A DNA stretch of 63,933 bases, counting the filler, from Choristocarpus tenellus KU-1152 (lineage: Eukaryota; Protista; Phaeophyceae): assembly GCA_964200185.2 (NCBI GenBank). It is 12 parts of 12 records of this genome, joined end to end, with 100 filler letters (N's around TTAATTAATTAA, not from the genome) between each part and the next. Parts side by side here need not be neighbours in the genome. Positions count along the whole stretch, not along the records: positions 49,967 to 52,688 come from CAXNAD020025310.1; positions 52,789 to 58,909 come from CAXNAD020008889.1; positions 59,010 to 63,933 come from CAXNAD020012511.1; 9 more parts are not named here. One strand, 5' to 3'. Every line of letters begins with the position of its first letter. The first letter of the stretch is position 1. Both the position numbers and the translations under genes were made by a program. Below are positions 52,426 to 63,933 of this stretch, in pieces. Under the pieces are notes generated by a model. The model was not told the DNA's origin. It worked only from the letters and a program-made list of their open reading frames with translations, and searched no databases.

Positions 52426-52995
52426 CTGTGATCCACAACAGTGAAATTAATGCTTGGGTTGGATGTTTCAATGATGGAGTGGAGCACATTTCAATCAACT
52501 CCCAGAGTCACAAGCTCGACCGGGGACTCAAAGGACTACAGGGATTGGTGCACATCTGGTACAGCGGGAATTTGTCGGATGGACAAACGCCTGCCTTGCC
52601 AAGATGCTCGAGCTCCTCCCGTCCCCCCGCAACATAATAAGAAAAAAAAGAAGAATCATGGTGTGGAGTAGGCGGGGGGGGGAATGGANNNNNNNNNNNN
52701 NNNNNNNNNNNNNNNNNNNNNNNNNNNNNNNNTTAATTAATTAANNNNNNNNNNNNNNNNNNNNNNNNNNNNNNNNNNNNNNNNNNNNGGGGGGGAGGGG
52801 GAGGGAGGGGGGGGGGTTCAAGATTGTTCAGTACCAGCGGCCTAGGAGTAACATTTCCGACTAATGAGAAGAAAGAAATCTCTTATTTTTTTAATACTTG
52901 TTCAAGGTTTTGCAACAACATACAGTAAAACCAATCAGTATAGTTTGTTGACAAGTCTCCTGAAGCTATCAGCATTCCTGAAGGCGTTGTTGAAC

Positions 52996-53055
<60 letters not shown>

Positions 53056-55063
53056 ACCCCCGGCCGCGCNNNNNNNNNNTTTTTCGACAACTCCCCCAAA
53101 GCATCCAACATCCCTAAAGGTTTTGTTCACCCCCCCCCCCCCCCCCCCCCCTCCCCCCTGCCCAGACACACATTGGACATTTTCTGGCACCCAGTCCCTC
53201 ATTTCGGGTCACCCGGAAGTGTGAGAGGAGGGTGTGTGTGTGTGCTGGTGGTCTATTGTATGTTTAATGTACAAAGTACAACGGCGGAGTTTATTTTATC
53301 TTAATGAAATGGGTGAAAAAAAGAAAAATGGTTTCGGGGAGGGTTTTAGGACTTGGGGTTAGGGATTGATTGTGTGGCCAACCTGCAGTGTCATTTTTTT
53401 TCTGGAGCACTCACTGCTGCTGACTTCTTTTTTTGTTTTCTCAAAGGAGAAAGTACGCCCATTACGCATGCATGCACACACAGCAATTGACAGTTACAAG
53501 CGGTTGGTTACGCACACCACGACGAGAATAATTGTTGAGAATAATTGTTACAAGAGGGTGAAACAGAGTACTACAGTATTTAAAATAAATAAATAAATAA
53601 ATAATTGGAAGCGCATAACACATTTTGCTGCACATTAAATGATGAACAACCCCCCACCCCACCCCACCCCCTCTGAGCCTATCTACTCACTTCTTCCTTC
53701 CCTGTAATCAAAAACCCATCGCCTTCCAAGTAATTTGCGCGCTGTTGGCCAGCACTACTGGCTCTCTCTCTCTCTCTCTCTTTGATTAGATTTGACGGCA
53801 TCATTAGTTGATGGTTGGCATAATGTGGTTACATGATCTAACCCTAACCCTAACCCTAACGAGGACACAATAGATAGATGGGTGATTACTTTACTACACT
53901 ACACTGTTACCACTTTCCCGGAAGGTCTAGTTTTTTTTCTTGTCTTGTCACTGATCGGGCTGGTAGCACAGCATGGCAATAGATGTTGTCACCCCCTTCA
54001 ATTTATGCCCCCCTTCACTGGAAACATTTTAATACAGAGTGTTTTGTCGTGATGAAATTAAAAAAAATATATATATACATATATATGTGTGTGTGTATGT
54101 GTGTGTATGTATGTAGTTGTAGCGTTGATGTATTTTATTCATATTACTGCTGTTCTCAATAAATACCACCAATATAGTTAGTTATCTCTGTTCCATCTTA
54201 CTTTTTTATATATATATTTTTTTCCCTGATTCCCTTCGTTTCGACTGTGCAACAATCAAGATCAGTCACTCCCCTCCCCCCCCAGGTCCCTTTCCTAGTT
54301 TTTACTCTTCAACTGGTTCAACCTTTGACATCGTACAACACGTCAAGGCGCAGGAGGAGCAATTCAACAACACTTGGCCGTCAGGCCAAATGGCGATGCC
54401 ATCATCAGACAGACTGGCAGGTGAAACAAGCAGGCGGGTGAAACAAGCAGGCAGCAACTGAATGAACCAAGTCACGAATCATTCGATGGTCAGAAGAGAG
54501 GAGGGCCGTGTCCTAAGGTGTGGTCCTATTCCCTCCCAACTCACAATGATACTAGTTACTTTCCCCTGCTCTCACTTAGATCAACTGAGAGTCAGCAAGC
54601 ACATCCCTGTGTCTCCTTCACTGAGACACGTCATAATTTGGTGAGTTCATGGTGAGTGAGTTTCGACTTCTTGGCATCCATTTTCCATGCTCCCATTTCA
54701 CCTTCCGCTACTACCATTCTTAGGATAAGCGAGTCACAGAATCACGTCTCAGGGGATAGAAATTGGATCAATCTAGCTATCCCCCTGTGACGACACAAGT
54801 CACCTGCTACTCTCCACCCTCCCCTCTCCTCCCCTCCCCTCCCCTCCCCTCCCCTCCCCGAGTTGAGAAAAATTCCATAAATAGACGAGATCTTTTCCCA
54901 CTTCCTGGTCCTCTATCTACCTCCATAGAATAAGGTCAAGCTCTGTCTACGTTTTTCTGACAGTGGGAAAAGTAAAAGCAGCGTGCCTGAGCTCATGGTT
55001 GACTGAACACATTAAGAGTGAGACGAGACTTCCTCGCAAGGCCCCTCCCCAATGATAGCTTGG

Positions 55064-56355
55064 TCAGGAAAGGATGGTCTGATACTCGCACATGGTGCCG
55101 TAAAAGCCAAGGAAACATGTGCACAGGCCAAGGGTGTAATCGCAGACTCCACGGCCCGAGCAGTCCCTGCCCTCTTCAGATCCGTCACCTCCCATGATAT
55201 CAGCCCCTGATGGGCACTCTTGGAGGGAGCAGTCGGGACCGCGGAATCCAGAATCACACTTGCACCCCACATGCTTCTCAGAGTCCCACGGTGAGTCATA
55301 GGTAGCACTTGCGTCAGCAGCAAGCTGCTTCTCGGTGAAGCAAAAGCCGTTACCAGAGCAGTCATTTGGACATATGGTCCGCTCACAAGCCACCCCCTCG
55401 TAACCCTCGAAACACATGCAAAGGCCCACGGTCTTGTCGCATACGCCCTTAGCTGAGCATTCAACTTCTGGGTGGGCGTCGTTCGCAGCCGTAGCCACCA
55501 TGGCCCAGGCAGAACCTCTGGCGTATAGAGTGAGATGGGATTAAGTGACGCAAGGGGGGATTGAAAAACCAAAGTTGGTGAGCAGAACGAACCTATCGAA
55601 GCCAATGACTTTGTGCAACTCTTAATCATCATAGTGGCATTAAATCCAAGACATTGTGCAGTAGAGAATGCAAAATACTGGCGAATAGCAAAAGAAAGGA
55701 ACTAGACAAGCCCATAAGCTAGACCAGCGCCGGGCACCATCTTCTCTCGACTCGAGGATATTTGGGTTGATCACGTACGGCTCATAGAGATCGAGAGCGA
55801 AACCAACATTTCCTCAGTTTCTCGGTAGAAAGAACGCGATCTGTCCGATGATTTGTTCATCTATGAGATTGTCATCGCAGTTCGTGGTTATTTCTGAGGT
55901 AGTTATTCGGACTGTTGCCATGTTTTTGCCACAGGAACGAAGACACATGGTGCATGCAAGTGTCCGATCTTTGAAAAATGACAAATGTCTTCTACATATA
56001 TCACTAAATGCTCATTGTGAAATGAATCCAAACAATTTGCAACACTCAGCGACAGGCGGAAGGAATTAGAGGTATGAACTACTTATCCATATACTTTATT
56101 GTAGGAGGTTTCGTCTCTTCCCTGTAAGCATAAGTCACGTTCTTCGTATTCGGTCGGCGTAGACAGCACCTACTTGGGGCAAGTGCGCAGCGAGCAGTCC
56201 GCCCCTTCCCACGCAGAGTCGCCATTGGGGCGCAGGTAGCACGTGCATTGATCATTTGTCCCGCATGATCCATGTCCACTGCAGGCATTGGGACAATACG
56301 CAGTGGCAGTGGCCAATAGGCCTGCGATGAACATCACGCATGTCTTAGAAAACAT
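55064..56355 (-). CDS. Tubular mastigoneme (flagellar hair) protein, Sig/Ocm family with tenascin-type EGF repeats, 211 aa
   Basis: Exons 56174-56355 and 55064-55517. Signal-peptide-like N-terminus, then [100 protein letters not shown]: the motif set of stramenopile Sig1/Sig3/Ocm proteins. Confidence 0.88.
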
Positions 56356-56724
56356 GATGACCTTTGTCTGGCACACGAGTGGGATATATGTTTTGCGCCT
56401 GCTTCGTCTTGTGGAAGGGAGGAAATGGCAAAGGAGATCACCTTGTTTACTTGTTTAATTTACCATTTAGAAACTACGAGAGTCCTTGATGGGTAAATCG
56501 AGCGGTTACAGGGCGAGAGGTTGAGAAGCATTCTAACACTGATACTATCGCGTCATGAATTCCATAGTTTGATTGGCGCGAAAGGTATGAGTAATTAATT
56601 CCCTCTTACAGTTTCACATTCTGACAGTTACGGAAAGTCCACAGCACGCCTCCCATGTCAGAACATAATTCAACAACACTTAACACATGTCCACAATTTC
56701 AAAAATCAACAGAAGAAGACCACA

Positions 56725-57754
56725 ATGTCCGCAGTTGATAATCTAGAGCTAGGGCTGGATGCAGACGAGCGCATTGCAGTGGTCGATGAATCCACCAATG
56801 AGGTCGTTGGATCTGTTCGAAGGGCGGAAATGGTAAGATAAGTGGCCCTAACCAAATTGATATGGGTGTGATACTGAATATGAGGGTCATTTCAAAAGTT
56901 CATTTTGTATTGACCACTACGCAAAGATTTTGGGGCGTTTCAAATTGAGATGTACTATGCGGATAGTGAGGCATGCTCCAGTCATTTAAGGCACATAGCT
57001 GATGTGCGATGTACCCACGTAAACGGAGGTTTCAATGCAGAACTTTGCACATGCGGTTGCCAAATGGCGACATAGCAACTTCAATTTACCTCAGCAGTGC
57101 CGACGTGTTTTCCTGTTTCACTCTTTGCTTCTCACTCTCCTTATGTTGCTTCTCACGGTCTAACTCAGCGTGAAGGTAACCTTCCCCATCGTGCAACTTA
57201 CGTCTTCGTTCGAGTGCCTGGCGGAAGCAGCACCAACCCAAAGCTATGGGTTCAAAAGCGGACGATGATCAAAGACTATTGCCCGGGTTACCTCGACCCA
57301 ACGGCAGGTGAGTATCAAACTGGTTCCAGTCAACCCCACCCCATCCTTCTTTTCAGTCATTTCGGTGCTTTCGCGTCTAGGGATGTTGATCTTCTCTTGT
57401 GTTGGGCAATCAGATTATTTCCTACAAACTTTGGCCTTCTCTCATGTGCACCCTTGACCATTACCCGCCCTTCCACCCTGCGTGTATGTTTGCACTTCTC
57501 CAAAACCTGACATAAAATCTCCGTTGATCACCTCCTCAGGGGGTGTAGTGGGCGCGGATGAGACGTACGAGGAAAACGCGCATCGAGAGGTTGAGGAGGA
57601 GATGGGTGTGATCACAGAGGGTTCTGGCGGTGAAGATGGAGCCGAAAGAGCTCATCTAAGACATTGCTTCTCCTTCCACTACAAGGATGACCGTGCCAAC
57701 GTCTGGGGAGATGCCTGGGATTGTGTGTGGGGTGGCAAGATCGTGCCACAAGAG
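56725..57754 (+). CDS. Nudix hydrolase, YfcD/IPP-isomerase-like, 3' end missing
   Basis: Exons 56725-56832, 57169-57307 and 57540-57754 are in phase: [68 protein letters not shown] (Nudix box GX5EX7REUXEEXG). Confidence 0.9.
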
Positions 57755-59009
57755 GTGCAGTATGTTGTTCTACTATTTGCATGTATATTTTTCTTTTCTA
57801 ACTACAGTAGTACGTATATTTATGTAGTGCGAAGAAGGGATGCAGCATACTACCGTGTAATTCATTGTGTCTTTTTGTTCTTGTAGACCTTCTGCAATGT
57901 CGCTGTCACAGTGTTGGCTCCTGGTACTGTTGATGACCAAGAAGAATCGTCCAGATGTTGAAACCCTAAGCCTAAGTAGGTGTCAAATGTCCGTTTTTGT
58001 GAGCACAATCACCACGAGCACAGAGCAGGCATAGAGCAGGAGGTAGCACGCCCTTGTTGAGTTGGTAACCGAATTTAAATTAAGCTGTGTGCTCTACTAT
58101 TGTGGTGCACAGGGTGTATTTTGCAGTCAAAATTTGTTGTGTTGTGTTGTGAATGCTTTTCAAAAGGGCTTGTAAACACAAATTGCATGTGGAACCCTTC
58201 TTAATATCAAACTTGTATTTCCTTTGTGCATGTATTTTGATAAACACTTAAGCACTTCGAAGTAGGTGACCATAACTATTCCCGAGCAGTGCTTTTCTTT
58301 CTTTTTGGGGGGGTCAATATTTACAGGTTGTGTTTTTCCATATTTATGGTGCTTCTAGGGGTGGCAGAAGTACCCAAGATGCCAACCTTGAAAAGTACCC
58401 AAGACATCCATCCATCCATCTGAAGTAACAGCATTACAGATAAGAAAGATTCTTCTGAAAGCACGTCATATTGTACTGGAGGGGACTTCTTTTGAGGGGG
58501 ATTGGTATTGGTCCCTGGTAAGAGTTAAGTTCAAGTGGAATTTGGTGCACAGTGCCTGTGATAATTCGTGCTTGTTGTGTACCTTCAATGTGTCAGTAAG
58601 AGGTGCAGTGTATGTTTGTATCTCACGCTTGGAAAACTAAAATCGTATCCTTATCTTTTCAAAAAAAATAAAATAACATATACTGTACTTCCAAGAACTA
58701 GATCAGATGCAAAATCACAAAAGAAGGAAGGCGTGTCCATGTCCAAAACCTATTTTCACCTATGTGAGATATTGGTCCATTATGAATCTATGTATGCCAT
58801 GGCATCGATGCAACGCGAACGATTGGGCTTGGGTTTGGAAGTAGGGGGGGGGGGGGGGAGGAGGGCCCGCAATAAGGCTATACTTTTCCTTCTCGTTTGT
58901 TTTTTTAATNNNNNNNNNNNNNNNNNNNNNNNNNNNNNNNNNNNNNNNNNNNNTTAATTAATTAANNNNNNNNNNNNNNNNNNNNNNNNNNNNNNNNNNN
59001 NNNNNNNNN

Positions 59010-59160
59010 CTGTCCATTTGGGGTCAAATTTTTCATGTCGCGATTTTTGGGCTATTTGGTTGCCTACGTCGGATGGATACTGTAAATGCACTTTTCCTAA
59101 TTTTGGTCCAACTGGACACCCTGGTGTAGACCCTCCCCCCCCTCCCAGATACTTTGGGTC
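59010..59160 (+). mobile_element. MITE family A, left end in gap
   Basis: tgtccatttggggtcaaa..cccagatactttgggtc. Confidence 0.88.
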
Positions 59161-59482
59161 AGGTTTTCCCCATTATCATTGGGAAAGATATACAATGTTC
59201 ATGGAGGATATGGTACAGGTCTACATTACTGTAGTAACCACTGCAGTACAAATGTGTAAAGGGGATTTCAAGGCTTGTAACCAAGTGAGTTATGATCTCA
59301 CAACTTTCATCAACTGTGCGAAACCGTCCTTGTAAACAACAGCTTTAAAAATGAGTATGAGGGGTTGAAGGAGAACAATATGTTTAAGGTATTGCGCTCC
59401 AGTTTGTGCCTTACCACAACCCTAACTCTGAGTAAGTCATATGGGCGCCTCATCTGGGGGTTGATTGTGATCTCTACATTAC

Positions 59483-62400
59483 CTGATAGAGGAAGTTCAA
59501 TACCTCCACTGCTGCTCGCTTCGGTTCAGCATTGACAGGAAGGAATTCTTCGCATCCTTCATACCAATTCCAAGGAATCTTGACAGGAGAAGGATATTTC
59601 TCATACTCACCATCTCCTTCAGAAAATTCAATCTGGTCAAGAAAGTTGATTTCGGGGGTTAGGCACACCATCAGGTTTAGTTCCAGGTGCCACGTAAGGT
59701 CTACAGTGGTACTGAAGTTGTGCTGTATGAGATCAAGAAGAGATTGGATCTAACCAGGAGTCAGAGCTCTGGGGTTTGGGATCCCCACTTATTTCAATCT
59801 TGTTCAACTGAAGGCATAGGCTTTGAAGTAAATGACCTGAAGTCCTAAGGACTCAGAGCAGTTCAGTATAAAAGGTCAATGTCTGGGGTTCTGTTTTGCA
59901 GTGCAGAGGATACAAGTTGACAAAAGACCCTTCTAGAGGGAAAAAAATGAAGCGGACTTGAGAAGATCCAGCACCTGTCACAAACAAGTGCGCTCTGCAC
60001 AATATAGATGTGCACTACACTATTCAGCTACGCTTCCACATCCCTTGAATTAATTTTATTTTTATAAGAGGAAGAGTATCCTGATCTGCAAGTCAGTAAG
60101 TCCGCAAGTCAGCAAAGCTGTGCGCTGGGTTCATTCCAAATCATGTACAGAGCAACAATAGCAGATTGTTTAGTTGCATGATGAACTCAACAGGACCAAT
60201 TGTGCTTGTCAGCAGACCCACTGGATTGTAGATCGTTCCATTTCCGTATTACATCTTCCCTTACCTTAAATCTTCCATCCCACATCAGCCCCCAACTATC
60301 TCCGTTAATCCTCTCCCCAAACCTTAAACCAGTGAAAAGCGAACCACACCTGAAAACGGTACCCACCCCTCCGTGCTGTGACAGTTACATTCTGCAGCCC
60401 CCAAAAGGACAGAGTTCCAAGTCCCTGCAGAGCTTTCAAGGCGCCTTTACTTGAGTTGAACCTGGGGTGCAGAAGACAGGTACTCGTTATATGTGGATTG
60501 TGGGGTACACCACGTTACTAGAAGTTGTTACTATGTGATTAAGGGCTTTGGGGTTATTATACTTTCGACTGGGGAGTGGTGGTGGTGAAAGTCTCACCCT
60601 GTGTTACGGGTAGTAATTGGTTGATATGGACTCCTAAGTGTTGAAACTATGGTGTATTCTGCAGTGGTGATTAAGATAAGTAGACATGGATTGATTGGTG
60701 GAGGATGAAGATTCATTAAGTGCTTTCTTGAAGGTTTCCATCTCTCAAAGGATTGCTTTTGTTGATAGAACGCAATATTGTATGCATTTCAGCACATGTA
60801 CTTGGAAGTATCAAGGAGCAGTTATTTTCAACCTTAATCCTAGTTCCTGAGGTATTGTATGAAATTCATAGTATCCAAAATTATGTTTATAATGCGATGG
60901 CTATTTAGTGTCCTCCCACCTCAATGCAGCTCTCAGGACAAGTTGAAAAATTTCATCGCTTTGTGACAGGGGAGAGGCTAGATTGTATTCACATCCTTTC
61001 AATGCTCACCCTATGCACTCTGTGATCTCCCCTTCATACTCCAGCCGGAAAGAACCAGCAGTGACCTGACTCACACCTATGGAGAAGTCTGAATCATCAT
61101 CCCCTGAGACATCAACCACCTGATTACCATGGTTAACACAAAGGAAATGGCATTTTGGCTGCATAGTATTACAGTTCTACTTTATGCAGTTGTACCTCTT
61201 GATATCAAGAATCAAGAGCCCCACTTACAACATCCGAACACTCCCAAGTTCATATCCAAAAATCGGAAGTAGACCATTCTCTTTCCTGTATGTCTTTTTT
61301 CATTCCTTTTGTACTCACTTTGTACCCCCACCCACACAACATGGACTCAAAGCAGAGAATTAGCAAGACATAAGCCAGATATGTCCTATCATTCTTAAGT
61401 TCTCTCAAAGGTGCCTTTTAAGAGGGTGAACCCCCGTCCACCTCAACCTTTCCCCCTTGCCTGTATACGACCCCCTTGTGTGAATGTGGCCTTGCTCCCG
61501 GAGTTGAGAGCAAGGGTTGGTGTTCCCAAGACGTCGATGGCGTCTGAGTACTTAACATGAATCATTATCTCCTCTCCCTCACCATAAGTACGGTTATCCT
61601 TGAGGGTGTACACAGACATAACCTATTTCAAGCAATTACATGTCGTTCATACAAGGTATTCTTGCAGTTGTCAGTGACCAGTTTTTCAATATACTGACAG
61701 CATGTCACAATGGCAGAGTGGTAACTGAGTTGGTGGGGGGTGCTTGCCCACTGCAATCATCACACCAACCCCTAACCTTAACCGCCAAAAAGGGACAATA
61801 ACTGCCTTGGGAGGGACAATAAATCTTAGGCGGAAAGAACAAAATTATGGAGAGAGAACAAGCGCTAAGTAGAATCTGACTCGTGATCTGGGGAGAATAA
61901 GGAAAAACGTATTAGAGAATCTAATTGCCCTTGTTGAGCCTCAGTGTTGGAAATACAGACTGGGTAGGATTGGAACAGGCGGTATGAATACTTCTTGGTC
62001 AGGTCCAAAGCACTATAACTTCAAAGTAGTATTTTCCTCTTTTTTCTCTCTTCCACTCCATATCACGTGTGGGATTGATTGTGTTCACCCCCCCGAATTG
62101 ATGTAGGAGGTGCCTCTCGAGCTCTCTCTTTTGACAAATCCTACAGTACATTTTTGTTCTTGCCTGAGGTGTTGACGTGTCCAGAACAATAGCATCTCCA
62201 TCTGCAGAATAATTGCTCGCACTTGAAGGGCAAGAACAGAATATGAACGGCAGGTGGGACAAGGCAGGCGGAGTAATAATAAATCTTCTGGGGATTGTAA
62301 CGTTTTCTCAATCACAGAGTCCTCGGCCACAGTCACCTTGAAAGTGACATGCATAACCAAACACCTACTTCCAATTTGTTGGCCTCCAGGATGAAATCAT

Positions 62401-63499
62401 AAGCTTAAGAATGGGAGCTGTGCTATTATGAACGCAGGCATATTATTAAGGTGAGGATGTTGCGACAAAATCTTAAGCACAGAGTTTGGTGTACAATTCC
62501 GCAGGAAGATCTGTGAATACTAAGATTTGGGCTTTCCATGACTGAAGCATCACTATTCACTTGGAAGAGATCCAAAGTATCTGGGGGAGGGGGGGGGTTC
62601 TACACCAGGGTGTCCATTTGGACCATAACCAGGAAAAGTGCACTTATATTTATCCATTAGACGTATGCAACCAAATCACCCAAAAATCGCGACATAAAAA
62701 AATTGGCCCCAAATGGACAGTCGCCAACCCCCCCCCAGATACTTTGAGTCAGAACAGAATTTCTTATACTCCTGATAACTATATCGTGTTATGATATGGA
62801 GCAGGAAAATGGTGATGCCCAATTTGCACTCTCATCAACTACTTTCACCACCAGTGCCTAGAACGCACCAGGGATAGAGCTATCATTTTTTTTTTATCGA
62901 TTAAGTGGGCGAGATGGCCGTTGGATCCTTTTTGGCACCACTCACCGCCGTAACAGCAATACAGCATTTGACATTGTGCAAGTGTGGGCCGGCATCCTTC
63001 AAAACAAATAAAAATGCACATAGATACTGCCTGGATTTTCAATTCAAGGACATTTTGTAACGTTCATGTAGTTTTGTGAATCATAGCAATGGAGTCGCGA
63101 TTAATCAAAACCCGATATTGAGGGTTGATTTTCAGTTGGCAATTTTTCGCGAGAAGGTACGCTCTGTGAGCATTGCAAACGGATACCAACAATTCATACC
63201 CTCCAATTCATGCCCTATTGCGTGTGTGATTCCACCTTAATAAAATAGATCCAGATTATCTCCCACTTCAAGTTTTATTCTTAACTGCTTTCAATTCACA
63301 ACACTAAATTCGGACAAGAATGGCCATAATGTGTGCTGTCTGCTATCATACTCCATATCACGTTTTCTGATGCTCACCTTTGGGGTAGTCGTAGGTCTGC
63401 ATCCACTGACTTCTGGAACCTGACACTAAGCACATGGCCCCCATTGCGTGTGAGTGCAGTGCTGGAGAACGGTCGGAGGGACTTCACAGAGTCCCCCTC
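59483..63499 (-). CDS. Internal part of a giant repeat-containing extracellular/adhesin-like protein (6 exons)
   Basis: Exons 63378-63499, 62164-62221, 61461-61622, 61010-61119, 60350-60461 and 59483-59632 join in phase: EGDSVKSL..STALTRNGG..ADLRLP..AIVLDTSTPQ-VMSV..RTYGEGEEIMIHVKYSDAIDVLGTPTLALNSG..-GSFRLEYEGEITECIG..GYRFQ-IEF..LNFLYQ. Two donors are GC. Confidence 0.8.
62569..62750 (-). mobile_element. MITE family A, full copy in an intron
   Basis: gatccaaagtatctgggg ... cccagatactttgagtc; reverse orientation relative to 935-1115. Confidence 0.9.
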
Positions 63500-63864
63500 C
63501 TGTCATTTTTTAAAAGGATGTGTAAAGATCTGGAATCTGTATCATGTTGCCAACATATTACCACTTCAGCCTTTGCAGTACTATCGGTTTAACTTACCTC
63601 ATTTGGAGTTATATTGGACATTAAGTTATGGTTTCAACATTTTCAAGTGTCTCAATTCAATAGTACAGTGCAGCTTGGCTAAGTATGGGTTTATGGAGGC
63701 ACTATGTTCCACCGCAATATACAGACCTCGGCAAACTTGGATTGTAGGGGGCACCATGTATAGCTTCAATGATAGCAACTGTTTCGATCAGCTCGAACTT
63801 TCTTAGGACTATTTGTGGCAGTGCCTTTCTCTTTCACTCTATGAAAGGGTCCTGCTTTAACTTG

Positions 63865-63933
63865 GGCTCAAACTACCTGGGGAGGGGGGGGGGGTCTACA
63901 CCAGGGCGTCAATGTGGGCCCTGGCCAGGGGAA
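63865..63933 (-). mobile_element. MITE family A, degenerate, cut by window end
   Basis: ggctcaaactacctggggagggggg..tctacaccagggcgtc. Confidence 0.65.

Noticed and set aside
52864-53304. Poly-Pro/poly-Gly ORFs (also ~16850, 34770, 50000)
   Set aside because: Translations of poly-C/G tracts at contig ends and 10-N gaps; low-quality sequence.
60263-60322. Alternative exon FGERINGDSWGLMWDGRFK with gtaag donor
   Set aside because: The 60350-60461 exon gives a better in-phase, motif-consistent join (GYRFQ|IEF).

Overview
Intron-rich eukaryotic DNA from a stramenopile, most likely a brown alga. This is inferred from a Sig/Ocm-type mastigoneme gene, long GT-AG introns and (TTAGGG)n repeats. The window is a concatenation of about 12 contigs joined by an artificial N44-TTAATTAATTAA-N44 linker, so gene order across gaps is not trustworthy. 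Genes rebuilt by hand from splice sites and frame continuity: complete RPL6 (eL6) and a complete EGF-like mastigoneme protein. Partial genes: mitochondrial mL41 (MRPL41), a YfcD/IDI-like Nudix hydrolase, a NEK-like kinase, a WHIM/WSD chromatin protein, an IQ+PH protein, a giant adhesin-like repeat protein with two GC-AG introns, and a few unidentified exons. Repeats: two related 4-bp-TSD MITE families sharing AAAGTATCT ends, a Stowaway-like MITE with tandem right arms, foldback elements, a dead IS630/Tc1/mariner transposase, CRE-like and RTE-like LINE relics, minisatellites and many interstitial telomere repeats. The best lead is a pair of long (~180 nt) paralogous box C/D RNAs in one RPL6 intron. 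They show compensatory stem changes, and their conserved D-box guide places a CUCAUAA (tRNA-Met anticodon loop) wobble C34 exactly at the +5 methylation position, so they are candidate SNORD97-like tRNA-modifying guides in a stramenopile.
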